Assembly (NCBI GenBank): GCA_016178135.1
Contig: JACOTW010000012.1
Span: 1,064 to 65,063, forward strand
Source of the DNA: Candidatus Saccharimonadota bacterium
GTDB taxonomy: Bacteria > Patescibacteriota > Saccharimonadia > Saccharimonadales > JACOTW01
Reading direction: 5' to 3'
DNA length: 64,000 bases
This document shows positions 8,540 through 18,563 of this stretch, piece by piece. A program made the translations under genes and the position numbers. Every line of letters starts with the position of its first letter. The stretch's first letter is position 1. Below the pieces are notes generated by a model. The model made no database searches. It had not been told where the DNA came from and saw only the letters and a list, made by a program, of their open reading frames with translations.

Positions 8540-9781
8540 ATGCGCATTATAGAGCCGCTTATGCTTGAGTCTATCAAAAAAAAGCATCGGCCAAGGCGAT
8601 TTGTAAGAATTTTTCTGCTTATTCTAGTGGCATTACTTATAGGTTACGGAGCTATTGCTTATACCAATCCCCTGCCACCTATATCGCCAGTAATGACCGC
8701 TAAGCTTGATTTAGTCAATGAACCAGTGCCTATACCTTGGTCCGCCCAAGGACAGGCCGCTATCGGCGCACAAGGTTATGGGGTACTTTCCGAGACCCCA
8801 CACCAAAAAGCCCTGCCCATGGCTAGCGTGGCCAAGGTCTTTACTGCTTATATGATATTGAAAAAGCGACCATTGGAGCGTGGCGCAATCGGACCTGGGA
8901 TCACTATTACTAATGCTGATATTGACATATATAACCATTACATAACACTTGGCGGATCCGTTTTACCGGTTTTTGTTGGCCAACAGTTTTCCCAATACCA
9001 GGCCTTACAAGCACTTTTATTACCTTCGGCAAACAATATCGCTGATCTATTGGGGAACTGGGCTTATGGGTCTGTTTATGATTATAGTGTGGCCGCAAAT
9101 GCGGAGTTAAAAGTTCTAGGTCTTCGTGATACGCATATCGCTGATGCTAGTGGTTTCTCTTCGGAGACAGTTAGTACGCCGCACGATTTAGTTTTGCTTG
9201 GCGCCATTGTTTTGGCTAATCCCGTTATCGCTCAAATTGTCGATTTGCCACGTATTCAATTACCCGCGGTAGGTACAGTAGCTAATACCAACAAGCTCGT
9301 TGAGAATCCGGAAATTATAGGAATAAAAACAGGTCATACTAACGAATCTGGCGGTTGTTTTTTGTTTGCCGCCCGCCACAAAGTTGTGCCTGGAGAATTT
9401 GTTACGGTTATTGGCGCTATTATGGCTGCGCCGGATATTATCACTGCTCTTGACGGTGCTATGCCCTTACTCGAGGCGACTTATAGGGGGTTTGCAGAGG
9501 TTACGCTCATAAAAAGCGGTCAAAAGATTGGTGAATACAGAATTCCCTGGGGTGGCAGGGTTAATGTGGTGGCTCAAGCAGACGTTCGTGAGGTCCTATG
9601 GAAAGGTACTAAGCCAACGATAACCAGTGGCCTTGAGTCAATAGACGGACCACGCAAAATCAATGATGAAGTTGGTCGTCTGTCCATTGATGGTGGGCCG
9701 CTCAAGGTGAGCATTCCGGTAGTCCTTGACCAAGCAGTTATTTCGCCGTCTATAAAGTGGCGAGCCACAAGGATTTTTTAA
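8540..9781 (+). CDS. D-alanyl-D-alanine carboxypeptidase (serine-type, PBP5/6-like)
   Basis: SxxK (SVAK), SxN (SANN) and KTG (KTGHT) motifs in the correct order. N-terminal TM. Confidence 0.8.
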   Translation: MRIIEPLMLESIKKKHRPRRFVRIFLLILVALLIGYGAIAYTNPLPPISPVMTAKLDLVNEPVPIPWSAQGQAAIGAQGYGVLSETPHQKALPMASVAKVFTAYMILKKRPLERGAIGPGITITNADIDIYNHYITLGGSVLPVFVGQQFSQYQALQALLLPSANNIADLLGNWAYGSVYDYSVAANAELKVLGLRDTHIADASGFSSETVSTPHDLVLLGAIVLANPVIAQIVDLPRIQLPAVGTVANTNKLVENPEIIGIKTGHTNESGGCFLFAARHKVVPGEFVTVIGAIMAAPDIITALDGAMPLLEATYRGFAEVTLIKSGQKIGEYRIPWGGRVNVVAQADVREVLWKGTKPTITSGLESIDGPRKINDEVGRLSIDGGPLKVSIPVVLDQAVISPSIKWRATRIF

Positions 9782-9833
9782 TGTGCTAATGCTTGCCCTT
9801 TCAGGTGTGCTTGCCCTAGAATCTATCCTGTAG

Positions 9834-10754
9834 ATGATAAAGACGAAAAAAATACAACTTGATGATTTCATTGTGCCGATTAATATCAATGGGCTGCATG
9901 GTAGAATGCTTCGTTTACCGTCGCCTAAAGCTAGAAAACGTGAAATCCTGCTAATTTACGGCCAGCATTCCAATTTGGAACGTTACTTTGGCTTAGCTGA
10001 ACTTTTTAATGATTTTGGCGGTGTTACGATGCCAGATTTACCTGGTTTTGGTGGCATGGGTAGTTTTTATAAGATTGGCGAAAAACCAACACTGGATAAT
10101 TTGGCAGATTACATGGCGACTTTTATAAAATTACGCTATCGTGGTCGACGCTTGAGTATTGCTGCTATATCATTTGGTTTTGCGGTGGTTACGCGTATGT
10201 TGCAAAAATATCCCGACATAGCCAAAAAAATCGATTTAGTTATCAGTATTTCTGGTTATGTTAGACATGATGAATTTAATCTTGGTAGATCAAGGTATTT
10301 TTTGTTGAGATTTGGGTCGTGGCTACTTTCGTCACGTTTATTATCTGTATTTTTTCGCAATATAGCCCTACATCCCTATGTTATTAGGGGTTATTATAAA
10401 AGATTTGCCGAGCTACCTCCTAAATTGTCGGCATCTGACCAGCAAAAAATAATTGACTTTGAGGTTTATCTTTGGCGTTGCAACGATCTAAGAACACATA
10501 TGTACACAACAAATGCTAGGTTGCGATTGGATAATTGTACAGGTTCAGTAAAAATACCGGTATGGTATGTGCATGCCGATATGGATGTTTCTCTGGACAG
10601 CGCTGTCGTGGAACAACACATGCAAGTAGTTTTCTCGGATTTTCACGCTGTGAGTGTTAAGCGCGAGGCCGGGAAATTTTATATTTTTGGAGATAAAAAA
10701 ACCGCACGGAAACTTATTTCTCCCCAACTTCGCCATGTTTTGCGCCAAATCTAA
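9834..10754 (+). CDS. Alpha/beta-fold hydrolase
   Basis: LLIYGQHS...MPDLPGFGGMG and a nucleophile-elbow-like AISFGF. Confidence 0.5.
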   Translation: MIKTKKIQLDDFIVPININGLHGRMLRLPSPKARKREILLIYGQHSNLERYFGLAELFNDFGGVTMPDLPGFGGMGSFYKIGEKPTLDNLADYMATFIKLRYRGRRLSIAAISFGFAVVTRMLQKYPDIAKKIDLVISISGYVRHDEFNLGRSRYFLLRFGSWLLSSRLLSVFFRNIALHPYVIRGYYKRFAELPPKLSASDQQKIIDFEVYLWRCNDLRTHMYTTNARLRLDNCTGSVKIPVWYVHADMDVSLDSAVVEQHMQVVFSDFHAVSVKREAGKFYIFGDKKTARKLISPQLRHVLRQI

Positions 10755-10871
10755 GACCTCTTTTGTTCCAGGCCGATTAACTGGACCTGTCGCGAAACTC
10801 GTGTCCGCGTAAAGCCAGCTAGTACTCGGGTACTCATTGCAAAAATGTTATAAAAACGTAATAATGATTGC

Positions 10872-11996
10872 ATGTCTTTCTGGCTTCGTTCAAAAAACAA
10901 AGAACCTGGAGTAGTTGAGGTTACCCTATCGAACCGAACAATTATAAGGGTATTTTTGTTGGCCATTATGTTTATCATTTTTTGGTCGGCTTTTCAGGAG
11001 GCCAGTCATGCCCTGTTGCTTATTTTTACTGCTTTTTTCTTGGCACTGGCGTTAAATGCTCCCGTCCACTGGCTAGCCGAGCGTCTGCCTGGTAAGCGTC
11101 GAGGTAATCGAACTACAGCAACCGCTCTGTCGTTTTTTGTAGTATTGGCATTGCTTATTGGATTCATAGCTAGTATTTTGCCTCCGCTGGTACGTCAGAC
11201 TAGCAGTTTTATAGATGTTGCACCAACTCTAGTTGATGACGTTAGAGACGAAAATACTAGTCTCGGGCGGTTTGTTCGCCACTACAAGCTTGAAGATCAG
11301 GTTGAAAAATTCTCCAGTCAATTATCAGATAGGCTTGATAATTTATCTGGTACGGCAGTTTCTACATTTAACCGTGTTACCAGTAGTATTTTTTCAACTT
11401 TAACTATTTTAGTTTTGACTTTTATGATGTTGATCGAGGGGCCAGCTTGGATGGCTCTATTGAAACGTTTAGTACCAGATGAAAACATGGTTCGAGTGGA
11501 CAATCTCGGCAACGAGATGTATCGAGTCGTTAAGGGATATGTTAACGGACAAGTTTTGCTGGCCGCTATTGCTTCAGTAATGATCTTGGTACCATTACTA
11601 ATTCTAAATGTTAGCTATCCGGTAGCTCTGATGGTTATTGTTTTTGTTTGCGGTCTTATTCCTTTGGTTGGCCATACGATTGGCGCGTTGATTGTCAGTA
11701 GCGTAGCGCTGTTTCATTCAGTTCCGGCGGCAATCATTATATTAGCCTACTATATTCTCTATCAACAGATAGAAAACTATATAATTCAGCCCAAGGTTCA
11801 GTCTAATTCAACTAATATGTCGCCACTGCTGGTATTTTCTTCGGTTATAGTTGGCGTTAGTTTTGGTGGTTTGTTTGGTGGCCTGGTGGCTATACCGATA
11901 GCTGGATGTGTTCGTATTATCGTCTTGGATTATCTCAACTCGCACAAGCTACTTAGCAAAGCCGAAGTCAACGAATCTATTAAGACAGTTGATTAA
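10872..11996 (+). CDS. AI-2E family (PerM/UPF0118) transporter
   Basis: 374 aa, about 8 TM. C-terminal GLIPLVGHTIGALIV and FGGLFGGLVAIP are typical of the family. Confidence 0.7.
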   Translation: MSFWLRSKNKEPGVVEVTLSNRTIIRVFLLAIMFIIFWSAFQEASHALLLIFTAFFLALALNAPVHWLAERLPGKRRGNRTTATALSFFVVLALLIGFIASILPPLVRQTSSFIDVAPTLVDDVRDENTSLGRFVRHYKLEDQVEKFSSQLSDRLDNLSGTAVSTFNRVTSSIFSTLTILVLTFMMLIEGPAWMALLKRLVPDENMVRVDNLGNEMYRVVKGYVNGQVLLAAIASVMILVPLLILNVSYPVALMVIVFVCGLIPLVGHTIGALIVSSVALFHSVPAAIIILAYYILYQQIENYIIQPKVQSNSTNMSPLLVFSSVIVGVSFGGLFGGLVAIPIAGCVRIIVLDYLNSHKLLSKAEVNESIKTVD

Positions 11997-13408
11997 ATTC
12001 TGAACCAAACTTGCCCTTGTTTTGTGTCGCGCACGCCGATACCTTCTCCTGCAAGCCTATCACGAAGTTGGTCTGATTTTACCCAGTTTTTGTTGTCCCT
12101 TGCCTTTTGTCTTTCACTGAGGGTTAGCTTTTGGGCATCTGATATATTGCTACGATTAGTTAAGTCTAGACCCAGAATCTGGTCAATATAGTCCAATAAG
12201 TTCTTAAAATAACTTAGCTGATCTTCTTCAATTGTGAAGTGCAACATATCAGCCGTTAAGTCGCTGACTTGTTTTAGTACCTCCGGCAGATTTATGTCAT
12301 CTTCGATAGCTTTCTTGATGCTCTCAAGGTGTTTGAGAAAATCTCCTTCAACCAGACCCGACTCGCCTTTGGTTCGCGTCTGGAATACTAAGTCTGCCAT
12401 TGCTCGGATATCTTTTATACGGTTTTGGGCGGCCTCGAGGTTTGTCCAGGTGAAATTGCTTTGGCTACGATAGTGGGATTGTAGAACCATCAGGCGGAAG
12501 GCTAGCGGGTCAAGATCATTGTCCTGTATATCTTGGAGGGTGAAAAAATTATTTAGTGATTTACTCATTTTTCTGCCATCAACCAGTAGATGCTCGTTAT
12601 GGATAAATATATTCGCGAGCGTTGGGTTGGCTTTACCTGCGGTGCTTTGAGCAATCTCGTTTTCGTGATGTGGAAAAATCAAATCTACGCCTCCGGTGTG
12701 AATATCAAAAGGTTGTCCAAGCGTGTTAGCACTCATAGCCGAACACTCGATGTGCCAGCCCGGTCGGCCATCAAGTTTCTTGCCGTCCAGTGTAAAATCC
12801 CAGATTGGTTCGTCCGCTTTTCCGATTTTCCATAGCGCGAAATCATGTGGCGAATCTTTATCGTATTCATCATTTTGAATACGTGCCGAGGAAGTATTAC
12901 TGTCCGTGATATCCAGTAGCTGGCCATACTTTTTGCCACTGTCTCGATATTCTTTAATCGAAAAATACACGCCATCGTCGGCTATGTACGCGAAGCCATC
13001 GTCATGAAGTTTTGTGATCAGGGCTTTCATATCTTCAATGCGATCGGTAGCATTTATAAACTTAATGGACTCTACATCACAGCCGACGCTCCGCATATCA
13101 TCCAGAAATAGTTTAGAATATTCGGTGGTTAGTTTCTTTAGCGCTTGTTTGGGGTCGAGATTGGGGTATTTTTCTTTACTTCGCTTGATAGTTTTATCGT
13201 CTACATCAGTAAAGTTCATGACATGATCGATCTCGTAGCCACTGGCTCGCAAGGTTCGACTCAGTGTATCGGCATAGATAAAGCTAGCCAAATTACCAAT
13301 GTGTATATGATCATAAACTGTCGGGCCACAAGAATAAATCGACACCTTTTTATTATTCAGTGGCGTAAAATCTTCAATCTCTCGTATAAGTGTGTTATAT
13401 AATCTCAT
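11993..13408 (-). CDS. cysS: Cysteinyl-tRNA synthetase
   Basis: CGPTVYDHIHIGNL (HIGH) and KMSKSLNN motifs. Confidence 0.95.
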   Translation of the reverse strand: MRLYNTLIREIEDFTPLNNKKVSIYSCGPTVYDHIHIGNLASFIYADTLSRTLRASGYEIDHVMNFTDVDDKTIKRSKEKYPNLDPKQALKKLTTEYSKLFLDDMRSVGCDVESIKFINATDRIEDMKALITKLHDDGFAYIADDGVYFSIKEYRDSGKKYGQLLDITDSNTSSARIQNDEYDKDSPHDFALWKIGKADEPIWDFTLDGKKLDGRPGWHIECSAMSANTLGQPFDIHTGGVDLIFPHHENEIAQSTAGKANPTLANIFIHNEHLLVDGRKMSKSLNNFFTLQDIQDNDLDPLAFRLMVLQSHYRSQSNFTWTNLEAAQNRIKDIRAMADLVFQTRTKGESGLVEGDFLKHLESIKKAIEDDINLPEVLKQVSDLTADMLHFTIEEDQLSYFKNLLDYIDQILGLDLTNRSNISDAQKLTLSERQKARDNKNWVKSDQLRDRLAGEGIGVRDTKQGQVWFRI

Positions 13409-14580
13409 GACTTGTCTGTAATTTTATCAAGTAATTCTGTGGCGATGGTTAGGCATTCGGTTTTGACTGCTTGCGCTGTGCGACTGTCCGTGACCTTGAA
13501 GCCACTGGCGTAAACGTGCCCACCACCGCCAAAATGAGATGCCAAATCGGCCGCGATGCTGGCACCGGCATTACATCGGATTGAACCGGTAATTTTGCCG
13601 TCATTATAAACTTTCAAGACTATCGCTACTTTTACGCCTTCGGTTTGTAGCATGTCTGTTTGAATAAGTGGGGCTGGATTGTATAGCGGACTGTATTTCA
13701 TTAGTTCATCATGCCCAATACTGACTAATGCGATTCTGTCATCGCTCAATAATTCAGTTCTGTCTATCAGGGTAGCTTTGTATTTAAAAATCGTTTTGGG
13801 CATCTTGGCCTGTGCGCGACGAGCTTCCTCGAGTTTTATTCTGTTAACTCCGCCCTCTATGAGGTCGGCCATAATTCTATAGGTATTTGGCGTTGTGCCT
13901 TCGCTGGAAAGCCCCAGGGAATCTGATAGGATTGAACTAGTGATATGGGTTTTTGCCTGGAGGTTGAGCGGCCAGTTTAGCTCATCGGCCAGTTTATAAA
14001 TCACTTCGCCGGTTGCTACGGCATCATGATCATTTATGACAAGTGTAGCGTAGGTTATGTCGCACTCCACATCAGTGTGATGATCGAGTACGATTACTGG
14101 CTTGGAAGCTACGATGCTTTTGTAGCTACTGTTGTCGAGTTTCTCCAGAAGGATTGCAGCACTAGTGTCTACTATGATGCTTAAGTCGATTTTGTTCGGA
14201 ATCTCCTTACTGACTCTGTCCCAGCCGTCCAAATGACGCAAGTATTCTGGAATATTTACACCACAATACAGAAATGTTTGCTTGCCTGCGTCCCCCAGTA
14301 TTTCCTCAAGTGCCAGGGCACTTCCCAGACTATCCCCATCCGGGTTATCCGCCTGGATTATTGCAATCCGCTCTGATTCATCAACCAACTTCTTAATACC
14401 CTGGTATAGCCCCCGCAAAACAAATTCGGGGGTTTTGGAGCCGATGATCTTCGAGTCAAAAACTGGCTTTTCTGAGGGAAGCATATCATTAGATAAGGTG
14501 AGTGAGGAAAGACAGCTTTTGACCGGAGAGGGCGGTTCAAAAAGCAGTGAATTTGTTTTGCGGGGGCTATAATTATTCAT
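13405..14580 (-). CDS. DHH/DHHA1 phosphoesterase (NrnA-like) carrying an in-frame family-B element after codon 3
   Basis: DNPDGDSLGS, DHH and GGGH motifs. ATG overlaps the recR stop (ATGA). Confidence 0.8.
   Translation of the reverse strand: MNNYSPRKTNSLLFEPPSPVKSCLSSLTLSNDMLPSEKPVFDSKIIGSKTPEFVLRGLYQGIKKLVDESERIAIIQADNPDGDSLGSALALEEILGDAGKQTFLYCGVNIPEYLRHLDGWDRVSKEIPNKIDLSIIVDTSAAILLEKLDNSSYKSIVASKPVIVLDHHTDVECDITYATLVINDHDAVATGEVIYKLADELNWPLNLQAKTHITSSILSDSLGLSSEGTTPNTYRIMADLIEGGVNRIKLEEARRAQAKMPKTIFKYKATLIDRTELLSDDRIALVSIGHDELMKYSPLYNPAPLIQTDMLQTEGVKVAIVLKVYNDGKITGSIRCNAGASIAADLASHFGGGGHVYASGFKVTDSRTAQAVKTECLTIATELLDKITDKS
14405..14571 (+). mobile_element. Family-B element, copy B1 (167 bp including both TA), intragenic
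   Basis: Termini TATAGCCCCCGCAAAACAAATTC ... GAATTTGTTTTGCGGGGGCTATA. Confidence 0.9.
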
Positions 14581-15182
14581 AACAACGTTCTTCCTTCCAG
14601 TGCTCGTCCAAGGGTAATCTGATCAGCATATTCCAGGTCTACGCCAACAGACAGACCGCGTGCCAAGCGAGTGATCTTTACTTTTTGATGGCCCATTTGT
14701 TGTTGAATATATAATGCGGTTGATTCGCCCTCAACACTTGCGTTAGTGGCCAAAATAATTTCCTTGACCTTATCTTCCCTAACGCGTTTAACTAGTTCAG
14801 TTATATGTAATTGCTCTGGACCAATACCGTCAATTGGCGACACTAGACCACCCAAAACATGGTAGGTTCCTCTAAAATGGCCGGTTTTTTCAATAGCGGC
14901 AACATCAAAAGATTCAGCAACTACTGCAACGATTTTTTTGTCTCTGCTTGGATCGGTGTAAAGTGGCGACAACGTTTGACCCTTTTCTACTAAAGCAAAA
15001 GTTTTTTGGCAACGCTCAATGCCGCTATGTAAGCTACTTAATTTTTGTGCTATACGTTCGGCGACACTAGGTTCGGCCTTCAGTAAATAGTAGGCATAAC
15101 GTTCAGCAGTGCGTGGACCTACGCCAGGTAGATCGCCCAATGCTTCGATCACTTCAACTAGTGCCTTGGGTAAAACTTGCAT
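14577..15182 (-). CDS. recR: Recombination protein RecR
   Basis: LPGVGPRTAERYAYYLL helix-hairpin-helix and Toprim-like ILATNASVEGE. Confidence 0.9.
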   Translation of the reverse strand: MQVLPKALVEVIEALGDLPGVGPRTAERYAYYLLKAEPSVAERIAQKLSSLHSGIERCQKTFALVEKGQTLSPLYTDPSRDKKIVAVVAESFDVAAIEKTGHFRGTYHVLGGLVSPIDGIGPEQLHITELVKRVREDKVKEIILATNASVEGESTALYIQQQMGHQKVKITRLARGLSVGVDLEYADQITLGRALEGRTLL

Positions 15183-15187
15183 AAAAT

Positions 15188-15481
15188 CTATAGGCCAAGA
15201 TCACCGAGCATGCCCATAAAAGGTTGCATTTTCTCGGCAGCAATTTTCTGGCTTTGCTGAAGCGCTTCCTTAACGGCATCTTCGACCCACCGTTCTAGTT
15301 GATGGATATCATTAAGATCAACAGCGGCAGGATCAATAGATATTTTTTTGACTTTCTGTTCGCCGGTAATCTCAATTTTGACGGCTCCGTCACCTTCTTC
15401 TACTTCAATGGTCATTTTTTGTAATTCTTTTTGTAGTTTTTTGACTTTTAATAACATTTTAGCTTGATCAAATCGATTCAT
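15188..15481 (-). CDS. ybaB: YbaB/EbfC nucleoid-associated protein
   Basis: 97 aa. Typical size and position upstream of recR. KLQKELQKM...GDGAVKIEITGEQKV. Confidence 0.85.
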   Translation of the reverse strand: MNRFDQAKMLLKVKKLQKELQKMTIEVEEGDGAVKIEITGEQKVKKISIDPAAVDLNDIHQLERWVEDAVKEALQQSQKIAAEKMQPFMGMLGDLGL

Positions 15482-15595
15482 AAATTATCTCCAATTAAAG
15501 TCCTATATATTGTAGCAGAATTAATAGGACTTCAGCACCTTTCTGCGTCTACTCACTATATTGTGGATAATCGGGATCTTGGAATAGCTGTGAAA

Positions 15596-15762
15596 TATAG
15601 CCCCCGCAAAACAAATTCGGGGGTTTTGGAGCCGATGATCTTCGAGTCAAAAACTGGCTTTTCCGAGGGAAGCATATCATTAGATAAGGTGAGTGAGGAA
15701 AGACAGCTTTTGGCCGGAGAGGGCGGTTCAAAAAGTCGTGAATTTGTTTTGCGGGGGCTATA
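15596..15762 (+). mobile_element. Family-B element, copy B2 (167 bp), intergenic
   Basis: Differs from B1 at 4 positions by manual alignment. Same orientation. Confidence 0.9.
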
Positions 15763-15765
15763 AGC

Positions 15766-16944
15766 CTATTGACGAATGAAGGCTGCTTTAGTTTCAGGCG
15801 CGTTTGGCCAAGCTATAAAATACTGGCTTATATGATAAAAACTAGTCAGAGCTACCGTGATAACAATAAGACCAGTGCCAATCGTATGGGCTAGTGGGTT
15901 ACGAGGAAAGACTGTAAGCCATTGTTGCAATAATAGGGCTAGGCCAGCCGCACCTATAATGTAAATGAATGGCATTAAAATCAATAGTTTTACTGGGCCG
16001 CCAATTGATACCAGTATAAAACCAATAATTGATACCGCAGCGAGTAGCCTGGTACGGTCCAGCTTGACACTAAACCAATAAGCGTAGAGACCAACCGCAA
16101 ACATCGTGATATTGAACACATCAAGTAATGGTATGGTTCCAAGCCAATGAGCTGGATCTTTGGGGCCACGCCAAAGCAGTTGCCTAGGTATGGCTAACGC
16201 GTTATCGAATACTTGTTTGATAGTTGGCCAATGGTCTGGCAATCCTAGTAGTGGTCTTAAGATTTCGGGCTTTAACCACACGGCTCGTAAAAGTGGAACA
16301 ACGAGTAGTAATACAGCTATAGTCCAGAGTACGCTAAGCCATAAGGGCATTTGGTTGAGCGTGGTAAATATTCGTTTTCGTTGCCAAAATAGCCCAGGCA
16401 ACACAAACCAGATTAAACCCGGTATGTACAGTAATAGTGTACCTATAATAGCTAGCCCAAAAAGTGTTATACTTGGCCACTTACCCTTCTTTAACCATAT
16501 ACCAAATAGCACCAAACTTAGTAAGGCAGTGTAAAGAATGTCTGGAGTTCCTAATCTTGCCGCGTGTAGAAGCCAGCTGGATGAGGCGAACAAAGCAGTT
16601 GCCATGAAGGCGATTCTTGTGGTATGCCATGATCGAATAATCAAGTAAAACAACCAAACAGCTAGCAATCCAAAAAGTGCACTCACGCTTCTTAGGACAA
16701 AGATACTATGACTACCAAATATCTGAATAACGGCGGTTAGTGCCGCATGTGGCAAGTTTAGGGGTTTGTTCGCTACTAGATTAAGGTTTGCGTTGTTGGC
16801 GGCATAGGATAGTTCGGATTGATGTGGTCCAATCGTCAATGAGCCAAGCTTAAACCAGAATAGGCCAACTATAAATAGTGTAGAAATGCCTATGATAAGA
16901 GCTGGTTGCCAATTATCGGCTATTATTTGACGAAGCTTATTCAT
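15766..16944 (-). CDS. Polytopic membrane protein, GT-C/ArnT-PMT-like glycosyltransferase candidate
   Basis: ORF 15766..17124. ATG at 16944 (MNKLRQ...) is chosen because residues 1-60 are translated family-A repeat. More than 10 TM helices. Confidence 0.5.
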   Translation of the reverse strand: MNKLRQIIADNWQPALIIGISTLFIVGLFWFKLGSLTIGPHQSELSYAANNANLNLVANKPLNLPHAALTAVIQIFGSHSIFVLRSVSALFGLLAVWLFYLIIRSWHTTRIAFMATALFASSSWLLHAARLGTPDILYTALLSLVLFGIWLKKGKWPSITLFGLAIIGTLLLYIPGLIWFVLPGLFWQRKRIFTTLNQMPLWLSVLWTIAVLLLVVPLLRAVWLKPEILRPLLGLPDHWPTIKQVFDNALAIPRQLLWRGPKDPAHWLGTIPLLDVFNITMFAVGLYAYWFSVKLDRTRLLAAVSIIGFILVSIGGPVKLLILMPFIYIIGAAGLALLLQQWLTVFPRNPLAHTIGTGLIVITVALTSFYHISQYFIAWPNAPETKAAFIRQ

Positions 16945-17032
16945 GAATTTCTTAAGTAGTATACATCGAAAAAGGAAAAACTGTTTGCAACCGGCTTGGG
17001 ACAAGCTGGTATCAACGGCTAACTGGACCTGT

Positions 17033-17182
17033 CGCAAAACTCCTCCATCCCCAGATCGAATTCTATCGGCTACAAACAGTTTTTCTTCTCTCGATGTAGC
17101 TACGGCTACCTCTCCTTCAGACAAAACAGTTTTCGCTCAAGATAATTCACTCTGGGAACGGACGATTTTGCGACAGATCCAG
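17033..17182 (+). mobile_element. Family-A element, copy A4 (150 bp, CTGTCGC subtype), intergenic
   Basis: CTGGACCTGTCGCAAAAC ... ATTTTGCGACAGATCCAG. Flanks are CTAA and TTAA. Confidence 0.85.
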
Positions 17183-17200
17183 TTAAGTTCAGTAAAAAGA

Positions 17201-18559
17201 CTACGTTTCGAACGGTTCAGTGTGTTTGCTGTCTAAGCTACGGAATCGTTGTTTTTCTCTGTCAAAATATAATTCTATACCGCCGGTAGGACCATTACGA
17301 TGTTTTTTAATAAAGATATCAGCGATGTTTTTACGATCTGTTTCAGGATTATAATATTCTTCGCGGTAAATAAAAGCTACGACGTCAGCATCTTGTTCTA
17401 TGGAGCCCGATTCTCGTAGATCGGCTAGTTGTGGGATCTGTGGGCTGCGACTTTCTACCGAACGACTTAACTGACTTAGGGCAAGTACAGGCACGTTTAA
17501 TTCGCGGGCTACACCTTTAAGCCCACGCGAAATTTCTGAAATTTCCTGTACGCGATTGCTGTCGCCACCGTATCTCGCTCCACCACTCATAAGTTGCAAG
17601 TAGTCTACTACGATTAGTCCGAGCGGTCTGGTATGAGCTTCTCGTCTAGCTTTGGTGCGCAAATCACTAATGGTTATGCCGGGCGTATCATCAATAAATA
17701 TCTGGGCCTCTGAAAGTGTGCCCATGGCTTGGCCGATTTTTTCAAAGTCCGAATCGGTAAGATTTCCGGTACGTAGTGCCCAGGCATCAACGCCTGATTC
17801 CATGGCTAGTAAACGGTCGACGAGCTGTTCCTTGCTCATTTCCAAAGAAAAAATCAACACCGGTAATTCGGCTTTCGTGGCGATATTATGCGCCAAATTG
17901 AGGGATAATGCTGTTTTACCCATAGAAGGTCGAGCGGCAAGTATAATTAAGTCTGATGCTTGGAAACCGGCTAATTTTTCATCTAGATCTTTATAGCCAG
18001 TAGGAACGCCGCGAATTTTTCCCTTATCTTTATGTAGTTCATCCAATCTATCAAAACTTTCGGTAAGAATTGTTTCAAGACTGACGATGTCTTGTTTGAT
18101 ATGTTTTTGGCTAACATCAAAAAGTCGGCTCTCGGCTTCTTCTACTAACTCTTGGAGGCTTCTGGCTTCATCGTAACCTAATCCACTGATATCTTGCGAG
18201 GCCTTGATGAGTCGGCGGCGAAGGGCTTTTTGAGAGACGATTTGTGCGTACTGTTCAACGTGTGTTGCGGTTGGTACAAAATTAGTAAGCTCACTAAGGT
18301 ATGAAGCTCCGCCGACAAGATCCAAAAAACCAGCACTTTTTAGCTGATCCGCAAGAGTTAAGACATCTATGGGGCTGTGTTTTTCGTATAGACTAACGAC
18401 TGCTTCGTAGATTCGTCCATGACGTTCTTCGTAGAAATCGTCGGCAGTTAGACTATCGGCAACTTTAACGATAGCGTCGCTATCAATCAATATAGCGCCA
18501 AGCAGACTGGCTTCCGCCTCTATATTTTGTGGGGGGATTCGAACTCCTTCGGATTCCAT
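17201..18559 (-). CDS. dnaB: Replicative DNA helicase DnaB
   Basis: PPQNIEAEASLLGAIL N-terminus, Walker A ARPSMGKT, and the SGSIEQDADVV motif. Confidence 0.95.
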   Translation of the reverse strand: MESEGVRIPPQNIEAEASLLGAILIDSDAIVKVADSLTADDFYEERHGRIYEAVVSLYEKHSPIDVLTLADQLKSAGFLDLVGGASYLSELTNFVPTATHVEQYAQIVSQKALRRRLIKASQDISGLGYDEARSLQELVEEAESRLFDVSQKHIKQDIVSLETILTESFDRLDELHKDKGKIRGVPTGYKDLDEKLAGFQASDLIILAARPSMGKTALSLNLAHNIATKAELPVLIFSLEMSKEQLVDRLLAMESGVDAWALRTGNLTDSDFEKIGQAMGTLSEAQIFIDDTPGITISDLRTKARREAHTRPLGLIVVDYLQLMSGGARYGGDSNRVQEISEISRGLKGVARELNVPVLALSQLSRSVESRSPQIPQLADLRESGSIEQDADVVAFIYREEYYNPETDRKNIADIFIKKHRNGPTGGIELYFDREKQRFRSLDSKHTEPFET

Positions 18560-18563
18560 GTAT

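Noticed and set aside
15766-17124. Long N-terminal extensions in the ORF track (15766..17124, 32916..33917, 33979..34791, 44190..45443, 2984..3616).
   Set aside because: The extra N-terminal residues are translated repeat sequence. Internal ATGs give canonical N-termini (for example MNKPVILTGLRANNDLHIGNY for TrpRS), so shorter coordinates were used.
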